Part shown: positions 17,899 to 26,811 of the stretch, piece by piece
How the letters are laid out: every line of letters begins with the position of its first letter
Numbering within the stretch: position 1 is the first letter of the stretch
Source of the DNA: Candidatus Dormiibacterota bacterium
GTDB taxonomy: Bacteria; Chloroflexota; Dormibacteria; Aeolococcales; Aeolococcaceae
Direction of reading: 5' to 3'
Assembly: GCA_963718525.1 (NCBI GenBank)
Contig: OY970355.1
Coordinates: 1,024,001-1,088,000 of the forward strand
Length of the DNA: 64,000 nucleotides
Translations under genes and position numbers: made by a program
Notes under the pieces: model-generated
What the model saw: only the letters and a program-made list of their open reading frames with translations
Told to the model about the DNA's origin: nothing
Database searches by the model: none

Positions 17899-19905
17899 AT
17901 GTCAGGAGACACCGCACCCCAGGATAAGGTCCCGAACGTATACACGATGAGGCTCAGCCTCAACGTGCTCGACCACCTCGGCCTCAACCTCTACAGCAAC
18001 ATCCCTGCGGTGCTGTCCGAGGTAGTCGCCAACTCATGGGATGCCGATGCCGAGACGGTCACGATCGTAATCGACGCTCCTTCGGGCCTTATCACGATTA
18101 CCGACGACGGCATCGGTATGTCCGTTGCCGACCTCAATGAACGCTTTCTTTTCGTCGGGTTCAAACGCCGCGACGGCGGTTCGTCGGTTACCGCTCGAGG
18201 TCGACCCGTTATGGGCCGCAAGGGGATCGGCAAGCTGTCTCTCTTCGCCATTGCGGACACGATCCAGGTGGAGAGTTTCAAGGATGGGCAGCGCGCTGGT
18301 CTTGTGCTGAAGACGTCAGAGATCCGAGCCCAGATGGCTCAGGCAGACGGCGAGTACCACCCGACAGCGATCGATCCCGACCAGATCTCGCTGCAAAAGG
18401 GAACCGAAATCACCCTGACGGATCTCCGGCTCCGCCCGACAGAGACCACCCGTCACGCTCTCCGCCGGCGTCTCGCACGCCGATTCAGCATCATCGGACC
18501 CGAGCACGGCTTCGCTGTTTCCGTCGATGGTGTCGAGATCAGCGTGGCCGACCGGGATTACTACTCGAAGATTGAGTACCTCTGGTCGCTGGGCGACGTA
18601 GGTGACGTGTACGAGCAGCGCTGCCTCAACGCCACCAAGAAGCGTCAGATCAGCGGCATTATCTCGGCAGCTCAAGGCTGGACCGTCACCGGATGGGTCG
18701 GGACCGTCGACGAGCAGAAGAGCATTGACGACGAGACCAACGTCATCCCGGTACTGGCGCGGGGCAAGCTCATCCACGAGGACCTGCTCGCCTCGGTCAA
18801 GCCGGCCGGAGTGTTCGCCAAGTACGTAATGGGAGAGATCCATGCTGACTTCGTCGACACAGACGACCGTCCAGACATCGCCACCAGCGATCGCCAAAGC
18901 CTCAAGGAAGACGATCCTCGCTTCGAGGCCCTCATCGATTATCTCGACAAGACCGTGCTGCGAGAGGTTGGCAACAGGTGGCGGGACTGGCGCCGGGACG
19001 ACGCGCTCGATAAAGCACGCACGAATCCCGTCGTCGAAGAGTGGTACCTATCGCTGGGCGAGGACCAGAAGCGCTACGCGAAGCAGCTCTTCGGCAAGAT
19101 CGGGAACATCGCGCTAGAGCGAGAAGCGGATCGAATTGAGCTGTACAAGCATGGGATTCTCGCGTTCGAGCGCCTCCGGCTCCGTGATCTGCTGGGTGAA
19201 GTGGAGAAGCTCGACGGGTCAGCGCTCCAGTTCGATGTTATCGGTCGCGCATTCGCGAGCATCGACGACATCGAGGCCGCTCAGTACGGGGAGATCGCGC
19301 GCGGACGAATCAGTGTTATCGGGTCCTTCGTGGGGTTAGTCGATGCCGACGCCAAGGAGCGCGTAATCCAACGGCACCTCTTCGATCACCTCTGGTTGCT
19401 CGACAGCTCTTGGGAGAGAGCTTCGACCAACGAGCGCATCGAAGAGACGGTCATGAAGGAGTTCGCCAAGATTGACGCCAACCTCACAGTTGACGAGAAG
19501 GCGGCCCGGATCGACATTCGGTACCGGACTGCCGCGGGAAAGCACATCATCATTGAGCTGAAGCGGTACAGCGTGACGGTGTCGACGAGCGATCTTGTCG
19601 CACAGATCGGAAAATACCGCAGCGCGCTCCAGAAGTGCATTGCAGAGCAGTTCCCAGACGAACCGCACGAAATCGAGTGCATCGCGGTAGTAGGCAAGGT
19701 CCCGACCGACCTCTCCCCCGACGAAGTGAAGCGGACGCTCGCCGGCTTGGGCACACGAGTAGTGACATACGACATGCTGATCGCAAATGCACTCAGGAGT
19801 TACCAGGACTACCTCGAACGACACAAAGAGGTGTCGCGGCTCGCTGAGCTGATTGAGCGGCTGGAGGCTTCCGCAGTGACCAAGGAACCAGAAGCGCCAG
19901 ACTAA
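17899..19905 (+). CDS. GHKL ATPase + PD-(D/E)XK nuclease (HgiDII/BbrUII-like restriction enzyme)
   Basis: GHKL motifs EVVANSWDAD, DDGIGM, GRKGIGKLS and GTEI; C-terminal RIDIRY...IIIELKR. Confidence 0.8.
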   Translation: MSGDTAPQDKVPNVYTMRLSLNVLDHLGLNLYSNIPAVLSEVVANSWDADAETVTIVIDAPSGLITITDDGIGMSVADLNERFLFVGFKRRDGGSSVTARGRPVMGRKGIGKLSLFAIADTIQVESFKDGQRAGLVLKTSEIRAQMAQADGEYHPTAIDPDQISLQKGTEITLTDLRLRPTETTRHALRRRLARRFSIIGPEHGFAVSVDGVEISVADRDYYSKIEYLWSLGDVGDVYEQRCLNATKKRQISGIISAAQGWTVTGWVGTVDEQKSIDDETNVIPVLARGKLIHEDLLASVKPAGVFAKYVMGEIHADFVDTDDRPDIATSDRQSLKEDDPRFEALIDYLDKTVLREVGNRWRDWRRDDALDKARTNPVVEEWYLSLGEDQKRYAKQLFGKIGNIALEREADRIELYKHGILAFERLRLRDLLGEVEKLDGSALQFDVIGRAFASIDDIEAAQYGEIARGRISVIGSFVGLVDADAKERVIQRHLFDHLWLLDSSWERASTNERIEETVMKEFAKIDANLTVDEKAARIDIRYRTAAGKHIIIELKRYSVTVSTSDLVAQIGKYRSALQKCIAEQFPDEPHEIECIAVVGKVPTDLSPDEVKRTLAGLGTRVVTYDMLIANALRSYQDYLERHKEVSRLAELIERLEASAVTKEPEAPD

Positions 19906-19937
19906 GCGTCACTATCCGGAGTGTCCCCTTGATCCAT

Positions 19938-19958
19938 CGCGCTCAGTGCGTGAGCGCG
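19938..19958. terminator. Hairpin between the convergent GHKL-nuclease and integrase genes
   Basis: CGCGCTCA-GTGCG-TGAGCGCG; no U-tract. Confidence 0.4.
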
Positions 19959-20112
19959 GTCCGCGGCCTCACGGTTGTCGGAGACGAGGCTTAAGACGCT
20001 GCTGCAACACCGCGCACCGTTAGCCTCTAAAGGAATGTCAGCGATTCGACACCGTGCGGATCCGTCGTGGCGCGCGGGAGGTTACATACCATCCAACGCT
20101 AATTTTGTAGTC

Positions 20113-21318
20113 TCACGGTGCGAGCAGTGCAGACAGACGCGACAGTGCGTCGCCCTGCATTGAAGGCATCACGTGGCTATACGTGTTCAGTGTCAGTGAG
20201 ATTTGTGAGTGTCCGAGGATCTCCATCACCACACGCGGACTGACCCCCTGTGCAATCAGGAACGAGGCGCATGTGTGGCGGAGGTCGTGAAACCGCTTTC
20301 TTGGCAAGCCAGCACGAGCGAGATGAGTTTGAAAGGCGTGAGTTACGTCAGCAGAGTGAAGAGGTCGCCCGGTTAGCGTGGTGAACACCAACTGCCAGTC
20401 GTTGTTCCAGTTGCGGGTCGCTAACCGCTCCTCGGCCTGGCGCGTCCGATGAGCCCGGAGCACGTCGAGCAACTGGGTGGGAAGTGGTCCGATCGACCGA
20501 CGACTGCGGTCAGTCTTCGGTTCAGCCAGCATGAAACCACCGTTGCCCCTCTGAAGAGTTCGGCGAACATGGATCACCCCCAACTCAAAGTCGACTTCGT
20601 TCCAGCTCAATCCGAGGATCTCCCCCTGGCGCAAACCCAGAGCAAGTGCCACGGAATAAAGTGCCTGGAGCCTGTCGCCGCTGACCGCTTCAAGGAGCGC
20701 GCCGGCCTGCTCGGGGGTTAGGGGCTCAACCTCCTGTTTGGGCACTCTTGGCCCCTGGGTGAGGGCTGCCGCGTTTCGATTAACTAGTCCCCAGCGCAGC
20801 GCTTGATTGAGCGCAATGCGTAGAACCGCTCTGATGTACTCGACGCGACGAGGTGAGAGTCCAGAAGCGAGCTTTCTGTTCAGCATCGTCTGAACGTGCC
20901 CGGGGGTGAGTTTGTTGAGTCTCAGCTTCCCGAGCTCGGGTTCGATGTGGAGCCGAACAAGGTCCCGATAGCTGGAGTATGTCGACGGTCGCACCTTGGT
21001 GCTAACGGTTCCTTGCAGCCAATCCTGCAAGAACTGACCAACGGTTTCCCGCTCGGGTGGTATGGGCACACCCTCGTTGGCAGCGCGCACGCCCTGGGCC
21101 ACCTTGACGACGACTTCGGCGCGGGTCTTACCTGAATACCACTTACGCCGGGCCTGGTCCAGGGTCACGTATCCGTACCACGTCCCGTCCTTCCGCTGAG
21201 CGATGCAGCCCTCGCGATTGCCCCGGCGACCGCGGCGCTTTCGAGGCTCCGAAAGTGACCCCAGTGCCCCAACTGTTGTAACGACTGTTGTGTCGGGGCT
21301 AATCTCACCTTCGGTCAC
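20113..21318 (-). CDS. int: Tyrosine recombinase / phage-type integrase
   Basis: Catalytic set intact: GLRQGE, PKT, FHDLRH, LGHS and TYSH. N-terminal arm-binding segment EGCIAQRKDGTW. TATAAT lies 6 nt before GTG 21318. Confidence 0.95.
   Translation of the reverse strand: MTEGEISPDTTVVTTVGALGSLSEPRKRRGRRGNREGCIAQRKDGTWYGYVTLDQARRKWYSGKTRAEVVVKVAQGVRAANEGVPIPPERETVGQFLQDWLQGTVSTKVRPSTYSSYRDLVRLHIEPELGKLRLNKLTPGHVQTMLNRKLASGLSPRRVEYIRAVLRIALNQALRWGLVNRNAAALTQGPRVPKQEVEPLTPEQAGALLEAVSGDRLQALYSVALALGLRQGEILGLSWNEVDFELGVIHVRRTLQRGNGGFMLAEPKTDRSRRSIGPLPTQLLDVLRAHRTRQAEERLATRNWNNDWQLVFTTLTGRPLHSADVTHAFQTHLARAGLPRKRFHDLRHTCASFLIAQGVSPRVVMEILGHSQISLTLNTYSHVMPSMQGDALSRLSALLAP
21271..21291. repeat. Putative integrase arm-type binding sites (right end)
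   Basis: AACTGTTGT (21271) and GACTGTTGT (21283), inside the 5' end of the integrase ORF. Confidence 0.65.
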
Positions 21319-21357
21319 GAGGTGATTATAGCCTTCATTCGTATTCAGATTTGCCTA

Positions 21358-21429
21358 TGCCCGCTCAGGGATTCGAACCCTGGACCTTGGGATTAAAGTT
21401 CCCTGCTCTACCAACTGAGCTAAACGGGC
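21358..21429 (-). tRNA. tRNA-Lys (anticodon arm one base short as sequenced)
   Basis: GCCCGTT acceptor, GCTC/GAGC D-stem, CAGGG-TTCGAAT-CCCTG T-arm. The anticodon region reads AGGGAACTTTAATCCCA; no encoded CCA. Confidence 0.85.
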
Positions 21430-21441
21430 CAGGGCCCGATT

Positions 21442-22245
21442 CTAACCGTGGGTCACCGCCCCTCCGGACGGACCCGCACCGCCGCCAACCCGTCCCGCGC
21501 GTCGCTCGCCGCCGAGCCACACCATCGATCGATACTGCTGGGAGAGCCGCATCCGGAGCGGCGGAGGCGACGGGCCCACGGCGCCCGACATCGGTGACGT
21601 TGTCCGGTCCGCGATCGCGCGACGCAGATCCGCCGCCCCCTTTCCCGGGAACACGGTGAGCACGCGCCCCAGGTCGTGCTTGCCGAAATGGCTGTCACCG
21701 GCGCCGAGCGCCGCGCCGAGGCGGTCCCGGTGCTCGGCGTAGAACGTGTCGAGCACCCCCCAGGTCTTCGGGAGCACGGGCGCGGTGTGGCGGAGTTCGA
21801 TGCCGTCCACCCTCCGCGCCTCGAGCAGGTGACGTGCCCTTCCGGGCGTCATCGATGCGAACCAGGTCGGCATGAACGGGTGGGCGATGACGGCCAGACC
21901 GCCGGCGTCGTGGATCGCGTCAACCGTGTCCTCAACGGACATGTGCATCCGTATCTGTCGCTCCAGGAACAGCCCGACGATGTGGATGCCAGGTGGGAAG
22001 GACGCAGTCACCTCCTCGCCTCGGACGACGTCCACGCCCAGTGCGGCCCCGGTCTCGATCGCCCGGCCGAGGTCGGAGATCGTGTCGTGGTCGGTGATGC
22101 AGAGCACGTTTAGGCCGATCGCCGCCGACGCGCGGACCAACTCGGTGGCGCTCACCATCCCGTCACTCGCGAGCGTGTGCGCGTGAATCTCCGCGATCCC
22201 GAGCCCATCCGCGACGCGCGCGCGAGCAGCAGGTCTCTAACTCAT
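21442..22245 (-). CDS. PHP-domain phosphoesterase (in-frame TAG at codon 3 as sequenced)
   Basis: EIHAHTLASDG, ITDHD, AHP and GDSH. The first metal-binding motif lies upstream of the called ATG 22158. Confidence 0.8.
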
Positions 22246-22344
22246 CGATCCAGTGTAAGGGGCTGCTGAGAAGCCGCTGAGAAGCCGTATTCGCGATCAT
22301 CTCGTGGCGGAGTCGTCGCGAGTTCAACTCATATACTCGAGGCA

Positions 22345-23049
22345 ATGAGTGGGCAGACCCGCCTCCTCGTCGTCGACGACGAGCAGAGCATCACCGACTT
22401 CATCGCGCTCGGCTTGCGCCATGAGGGGTTCGATGTCCGCACCGCTCCAGACGGTCATGTCGCCCTCCGCATCGTCGACGAGTTCAAGCCGCACCTGGTC
22501 GTGCTCGACCTGATGATGCCGCGCGTCGACGGCTGGGAGCTCTGCCGCGCCCTGTCGGGCGACCGCACACGAGGGATCATCATTCTCAGCGCGCGCGACG
22601 AGACCAGCGATCGGATCCAGGGGCTCGAGCTCGGGGCCGACGACTACCTCGTCAAACCGTTTGACTTTGCCGAGTTGCTTGCCCGGATCCGCGCGGTGCT
22701 CCGCCGCCGCAACCCGGATCTCACTCGCGTGATCCACGCCGGCGATCTGAGCATCGACACCGCGACCCGTGAGGTGCGCGCGGGAAATCGAACGGTGGAT
22801 CTCTCGGTGCGGGAATACGATCTGCTCCTGTACCTCGCGACAAACGTGGACCAGGTCCTGCCGCGCCAGCGCATTCTCGACGAGGTGTGGGGCTACAACT
22901 TCTTCGGCGACGAGAACAACATCGAGGTGTACATCCGCTACCTGCGCACCAAGCTCGGCGATACGGCACACGAGCGCATTCAGACCGTGCGCGGCGTCGG
23001 CTACCGGCTCCGCAGCACCGTGGTCGGGACCGACGCCGCGGCGCGGTAG
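22345..23049 (+). CDS. OmpR-family response regulator
   Basis: LLVVDDE, LDLMMP, GADDYLVKPF and TVRGVGY. Confidence 0.95.
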   Translation: MSGQTRLLVVDDEQSITDFIALGLRHEGFDVRTAPDGHVALRIVDEFKPHLVVLDLMMPRVDGWELCRALSGDRTRGIIILSARDETSDRIQGLELGADDYLVKPFDFAELLARIRAVLRRRNPDLTRVIHAGDLSIDTATREVRAGNRTVDLSVREYDLLLYLATNVDQVLPRQRILDEVWGYNFFGDENNIEVYIRYLRTKLGDTAHERIQTVRGVGYRLRSTVVGTDAAAR

Positions 23050-23052
23050 GAC

Positions 23053-24549
23053 GTGCGCCGCATCGGACACGCGCTCGCGTCGCTGCGCTGGCGGCTGACA
23101 TTGACGTTCATCGCGCTGCTCCTTCCATTGCTCATGTTGCTCGCCGGCTACCAGTACGTCACGTTGCGAGCGAGTCTCATCAGCAATCGAGTCGGTGAGC
23201 TGCAGGCTGCCTTCACATCGGCAAAGCGGCTGCTCGCCACCAAGGAGAAGGCGCTGGGCGCGACCACGACGGCGAGCCTCCGCCTGTGCAACACGCACCC
23301 CGCCCTGTTCGGTGCAGCGATGGCCAGCGTCGTGTCGACCGTCTCAGGACAAACCGTGCAGGTTGTCGTCTTCAACAACGGTCTCACCGAGGAGGCGGTG
23401 GCGCCGTCCGGCGCAAACCCACCAGCGCTTGACGTGGCGCAACTGCAAGGGGTGATCACCAAGGGCACGCGCTCCGGCGCTCAGCAGATCAGCACGAGCA
23501 CCGGCGACCAACTCGTGGTGGGGTTTCCTGCTGTGCCCGGATCCGGTGCCTGCGGCGTCGTGCAGATGTCGACCAGCATGGCGCCCATCACGAACGTGCT
23601 GAATGACGACATCCTCCTGATCACCGCCGGCAGCCTGGTGACTCTGTTGCTGGCACTCGTCCTTGGAGTACTGCTCACGGGAAGAACGCTCCGACCCATG
23701 CGCCGGCTCACCGCCACCGCCGAGCAACTCGCAGCGGGCGACCTCACCGCGAGAAGTCGTTTGACACCGAGTGGTGACGAGGTCGGCCAGCTGGCGAGCA
23801 GCTTCGACCACATGGCCGACCGCATTCAGGAAGCCTTTGCTGCGCAACAGGATTCCGAGGCGCAGGTCCGTCGCTTCATCGCCGACGCGTCGCACGAGCT
23901 GCGCACACCGCTGACCGCGCTCAAAGGCTACATCGACGTGTTGCGCAGGGGAGCCGGCCGTGAACCCGCCGAGCTCGATGCCGCGCTCGAGGCGATGAGC
24001 AACGAGTCCGAGCGCATGCGCGTGCTCGTCCTCGACCTCCTCACACTGGCGCGCCTCGACGCGCAGCGCAAGTCGCATCCCGAGGATTTCGACCTCAACG
24101 CCATGGTCGAGGGGCTGCTCACGGAAGGCGTGCCGGGCATGCCGTCGGTGGTGGAACGCAACCTCGGTCCCACGCCGCTGCTCGCGCACGCGGACCGCGG
24201 AGCTGTGAGCACCATCGTGCGCAACCTGCTCGTCAACGCGTGCAAGTACGCGCACGGGGCGGCGCAGCACTGGAGCACCTCGGTGGAGGGCGGCTGGGCG
24301 AAGCTCGAGGTTCGCGACGAGGGACCCGGCATTCCAGCGGCCGATCTGCCGCATGTGTTCGAACGGTTCTACCGGGGAGAGAAGACCAGGGCGCGGGAGG
24401 AGGGAGGCAGCGGGCTCGGTCTCAGCATCGTGCAGGGTCTGGCGCGTGCGCAGGGGGGTGACGTTGCGATCCGCAGCAGCGAGGGCGCTGGAACCACCGT
24501 GACCCTGTGGCTGCCGATCGCGGCGCCGCCGCCCCCTCCTACAGATTGA
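23053..24549 (+). CDS. Sensor histidine kinase (HAMP, HisKA, HATPase)
   Basis: Two TM segments, DASHELRTPL, NLLVNA, DEGPG and GSGLGL. Confidence 0.95.
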   Translation: MRRIGHALASLRWRLTLTFIALLLPLLMLLAGYQYVTLRASLISNRVGELQAAFTSAKRLLATKEKALGATTTASLRLCNTHPALFGAAMASVVSTVSGQTVQVVVFNNGLTEEAVAPSGANPPALDVAQLQGVITKGTRSGAQQISTSTGDQLVVGFPAVPGSGACGVVQMSTSMAPITNVLNDDILLITAGSLVTLLLALVLGVLLTGRTLRPMRRLTATAEQLAAGDLTARSRLTPSGDEVGQLASSFDHMADRIQEAFAAQQDSEAQVRRFIADASHELRTPLTALKGYIDVLRRGAGREPAELDAALEAMSNESERMRVLVLDLLTLARLDAQRKSHPEDFDLNAMVEGLLTEGVPGMPSVVERNLGPTPLLAHADRGAVSTIVRNLLVNACKYAHGAAQHWSTSVEGGWAKLEVRDEGPGIPAADLPHVFERFYRGEKTRAREEGGSGLGLSIVQGLARAQGGDVAIRSSEGAGTTVTLWLPIAAPPPPPTD

Positions 24550-25282
24550 ACGGCGACTGGAACGAGAGCCCGCTCAGGACGGTCAGCTGGCCGGTGGCCA
24601 TCAGCAGGCCGAAGCAGAAGAGGATCACGCCGGCAACGATGCTGATCACCCGGAGATGGCGGTTGATGCTGCGCAGCACCCCCTGCAGCCGGTCCGCCAG
24701 GAGCGCAACGAGGAGGAACGGGATCGCCAGTCCCAGGCAGTACAGCACCATGAACGGGAGACCGCCGAATTCGCGGTTCTGGGCGAGCGTGAGGATGGCG
24801 CCGAGTTGTGGCCCCAGGCATGGCAGCCATCCAGCCGCGAAGGTCAGTCCAAGCAGCAGCCCACCGGCGGCGCCGCTCGAGACCGGGAGGTGGAACCTGC
24901 GTTCACGCTCCAGCCAGCCGAATCGGAGCACTCCCATCGTCTGGAGCGCGAGCACCATGATGATCCCGCCCGCAATCCGGTTGACGAGGTCGAGGTTGCG
25001 CTGAAAGACGGTGATCGCGAGCACACCCTCGAGCAGGTAGTACTCAGCGATGAACACGAGGCTGAAACCCAGGACGAAGGCGATTCCGGTGGTCATCGCG
25101 GAGCTGCGGTTGGCCGCCGCCACCGATCCTCCCGAGGCTGCCGCGAACGCGGGTTGGCCGGCGCGGCCGCTCAGGTACGCGGCATACGCGGGCATGAGCG
25201 GGAAGACGCACGGCGACAGGAAGGAGACCAGACCCGCAAGGAACGCAAGCGGAATCGACGGACCCGCTGATACCCCGATCAC
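24539..25282 (-). CDS. ccdA: Cytochrome c biogenesis protein CcdA family
   Basis: FLSPCVFPL and GWLPCLGP cysteine motifs; multiple TM helices. Confidence 0.88.
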   Translation of the reverse strand: MIGVSAGPSIPLAFLAGLVSFLSPCVFPLMPAYAAYLSGRAGQPAFAAASGGSVAAANRSSAMTTGIAFVLGFSLVFIAEYYLLEGVLAITVFQRNLDLVNRIAGGIIMVLALQTMGVLRFGWLERERRFHLPVSSGAAGGLLLGLTFAAGWLPCLGPQLGAILTLAQNREFGGLPFMVLYCLGLAIPFLLVALLADRLQGVLRSINRHLRVISIVAGVILFCFGLLMATGQLTVLSGLSFQSPFNL

Positions 25283-25306
25283 CGCGCAAGCGTAGGTCGG
25301 CGAGCG

Positions 25307-26749
25307 CTAGGGGGGGCCTTCCACGTAGTAGCGCTGCCGCCACCGGATGTAGACGTACAGCGCGAGAAGCACGAAGAAGACCTCGTACACAAGTGGCGTC
25401 GGCCAGTGGAATGCGGCCTGCGCGAAACGCTGAATGCCGTTCACGGGCGGTGTGGTGGGCACGTGCTTGATCGCCTGCGGCACGGGCGTCGCGGTGGGCA
25501 CGGGTGTGGGCACCGACGATGGAACCTTGGCTCCCGGCGCCTCTGCCACGAGCGGCGGAGGAGCGGGTGCCGTCGTGTCGGTCTCGACGTATACGTGGCT
25601 GCCGCCGGTCGGCGGGTTCAACGCCACGATCACCTCGGGCGGGGTGGTGTTGGCGATAGCGATCGCGTCGACGTTCTTGCTCGTGCTCGGGAGACCGGTG
25701 TCGGCTTTGTGGTACGTGAGGCCCCCGTCGGTGGATCGAAAGAAGTCGCCGCCCGTGCTCCCACCGGAATCCGCCCCGGCGTACACGAGGCTCGGATCGA
25801 GGGGACCGAACTGCGCGACCGTCAGCGTGAGTGCCTGGGGCGCTCCCGTGCCGGCGGTCCAGGTCGCCCCACCGTCGCCGCTCCGGAAGATGCCCTGGGA
25901 GGTCGCGACGATCAGCGGCCGCTTCGGGACCGCGGCGTCGATCTCACCCGCCGTGAGCGATGCGACCAGCGATGCCGACGGCAAGCCCGATTGCAGGACC
26001 TCCCACGCGCCGCCGCCGGTGCTGCTGAAGAGATATCCGGAGGTGAGCGTGCCGCTGATCGCACCGTCGGCGCCGGCGATCACGGTGAACTGCGGGAAGT
26101 TGGCGGCCACGGCCACCGCGGCGATCGAGTACCGATCGAGTCCGCCGTCATGCCAGACATGGCCGTCCGGGCTGAGCGCCACCCCGGCGTTGGTGCCGGC
26201 GGCGATCCCGTCGAGGCCGAACGCGAGCGAGCGTACGGCGAGGTTGCCAAGCCCGCTCGACGCGTCGGTCCACGTCGATCCGGCGTCACCGCTGGCAAAC
26301 ACCCCCTTGCCATCCGTCCCCGCGAAGGCATCGACGGGTTTGCGAACGTCGAATCCGACCGTCCAGACGCGCACCCCGGCCAGTGTCCTGGTCCACGTGG
26401 CGCCGCTGTCGCGCGAGACGTAGAGGCCCGAATCGGTGCCGGCGAGGATCGTGCTCGGTACCGTCGGCTCCACGGCGACGCTCCAGATCCGACCCGACCC
26501 GAGCCCGGGCAAAACGCCCGCCTCGGTGAACCCGGCCTGGGCTGCGGAGACGTGGGGGCTCAGCGTCGCGAGGGCGGTGAGCAGCACCACGGCGAGCAGC
26601 AGCGCACCAAACGAGCGCCGTCGCCGGCGTCCCGGCGTCCCGGCGGGCGGACAGGGGTGGGTGGGCTGGTGAGTTCTCAGTACAGGGCGCTTAAGTGGGT
26701 CGAGTTGAGATGACGGCGCCGCGAGGTCTCGCGCCGCAATCGGGGAGAC
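25307..26749 (-). CDS. Secreted BNR/Asp-box beta-propeller protein with C-terminal membrane anchor
   Basis: Repeated SxDxGxTW motifs, signal-like N-terminus, Pro/Thr linker and C-terminal TM; start uncertain. Confidence 0.75.
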   Translation of the reverse strand, partial: VSPIAARDLAAPSSQLDPLKRPVLRTHQPTHPCPPAGTPGRRRRRSFGALLLAVVLLTALATLSPHVSAAQAGFTEAGVLPGLGSGRIWSVAVEPTVPSTILAGTDSGLYVSRDSGATWTRTLAGVRVWTVGFDVRKPVDAFAGTDGKGVFASGDAGSTWTDASSGLGNLAVRSLAFGLDGIAAGTNAGVALSPDGHVWHDGGLDRYSIAAVAVAANFPQFTVIAGADGAISGTLTSGYLFSSTGGGAWEVLQSGLPSASLVASLTAGEIDAAVPKRPLIVATSQGIFRSGDGGATWTAGTGAPQALTLTVAQFGPLDPSLVYAGADSGGSTGGDFFRSTDGGLTYHKADTGLPSTSKNVDAIAIANTTPPEVIVALNPPTGGSHVYVETDTTAPAPPPLVAEAPGAKVPSSVPTPVPTATPVPQAIKHVPTTPPVNGIQRFAQAAFHWPTPLVYEVFFVLLALYVYIRWRQRYYVEGPP

Positions 26750-26811
26750 AGCCCAAGAATAGCGCGCGTTTCGGGTTTCGCGACCGGCCCGCCGAGGTAT
26801 CTGCGAACCAG

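Larger units (their letters stand above)
3086..21396. mobile_element. tRNA-Lys-integrated element (~18.3 kb), satellite-like backbone with anti-phage cargo
   Basis: Flanking 39-bp direct repeats, tyrosine integrase next to the tRNA, excisionase, replication-like genes and a defence cassette. Confidence 0.92.

Noticed and set aside
4509-19905. Toprim protein plus GHKL ATPase as a split topoisomerase VI, or a Wadjet system
   Set aside because: The genes are over 12 kb apart, the GHKL protein has its own PD-(D/E)XK domain, and no SMC/JetABC genes are present.
3086-21396. Complete prophage or conjugative ICE
   Set aside because: No capsid, portal, large terminase, tail, lysis, relaxase or T4SS genes are recognisable.
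23047-23055. Amber readthrough fusing the response regulator to the kinase (TAG GAC GTG in frame; similar at 25307-25282)
   Set aside because: Both partners are complete, normally separate proteins with their own starts; in-frame adjacency is expected one time in three by chance.
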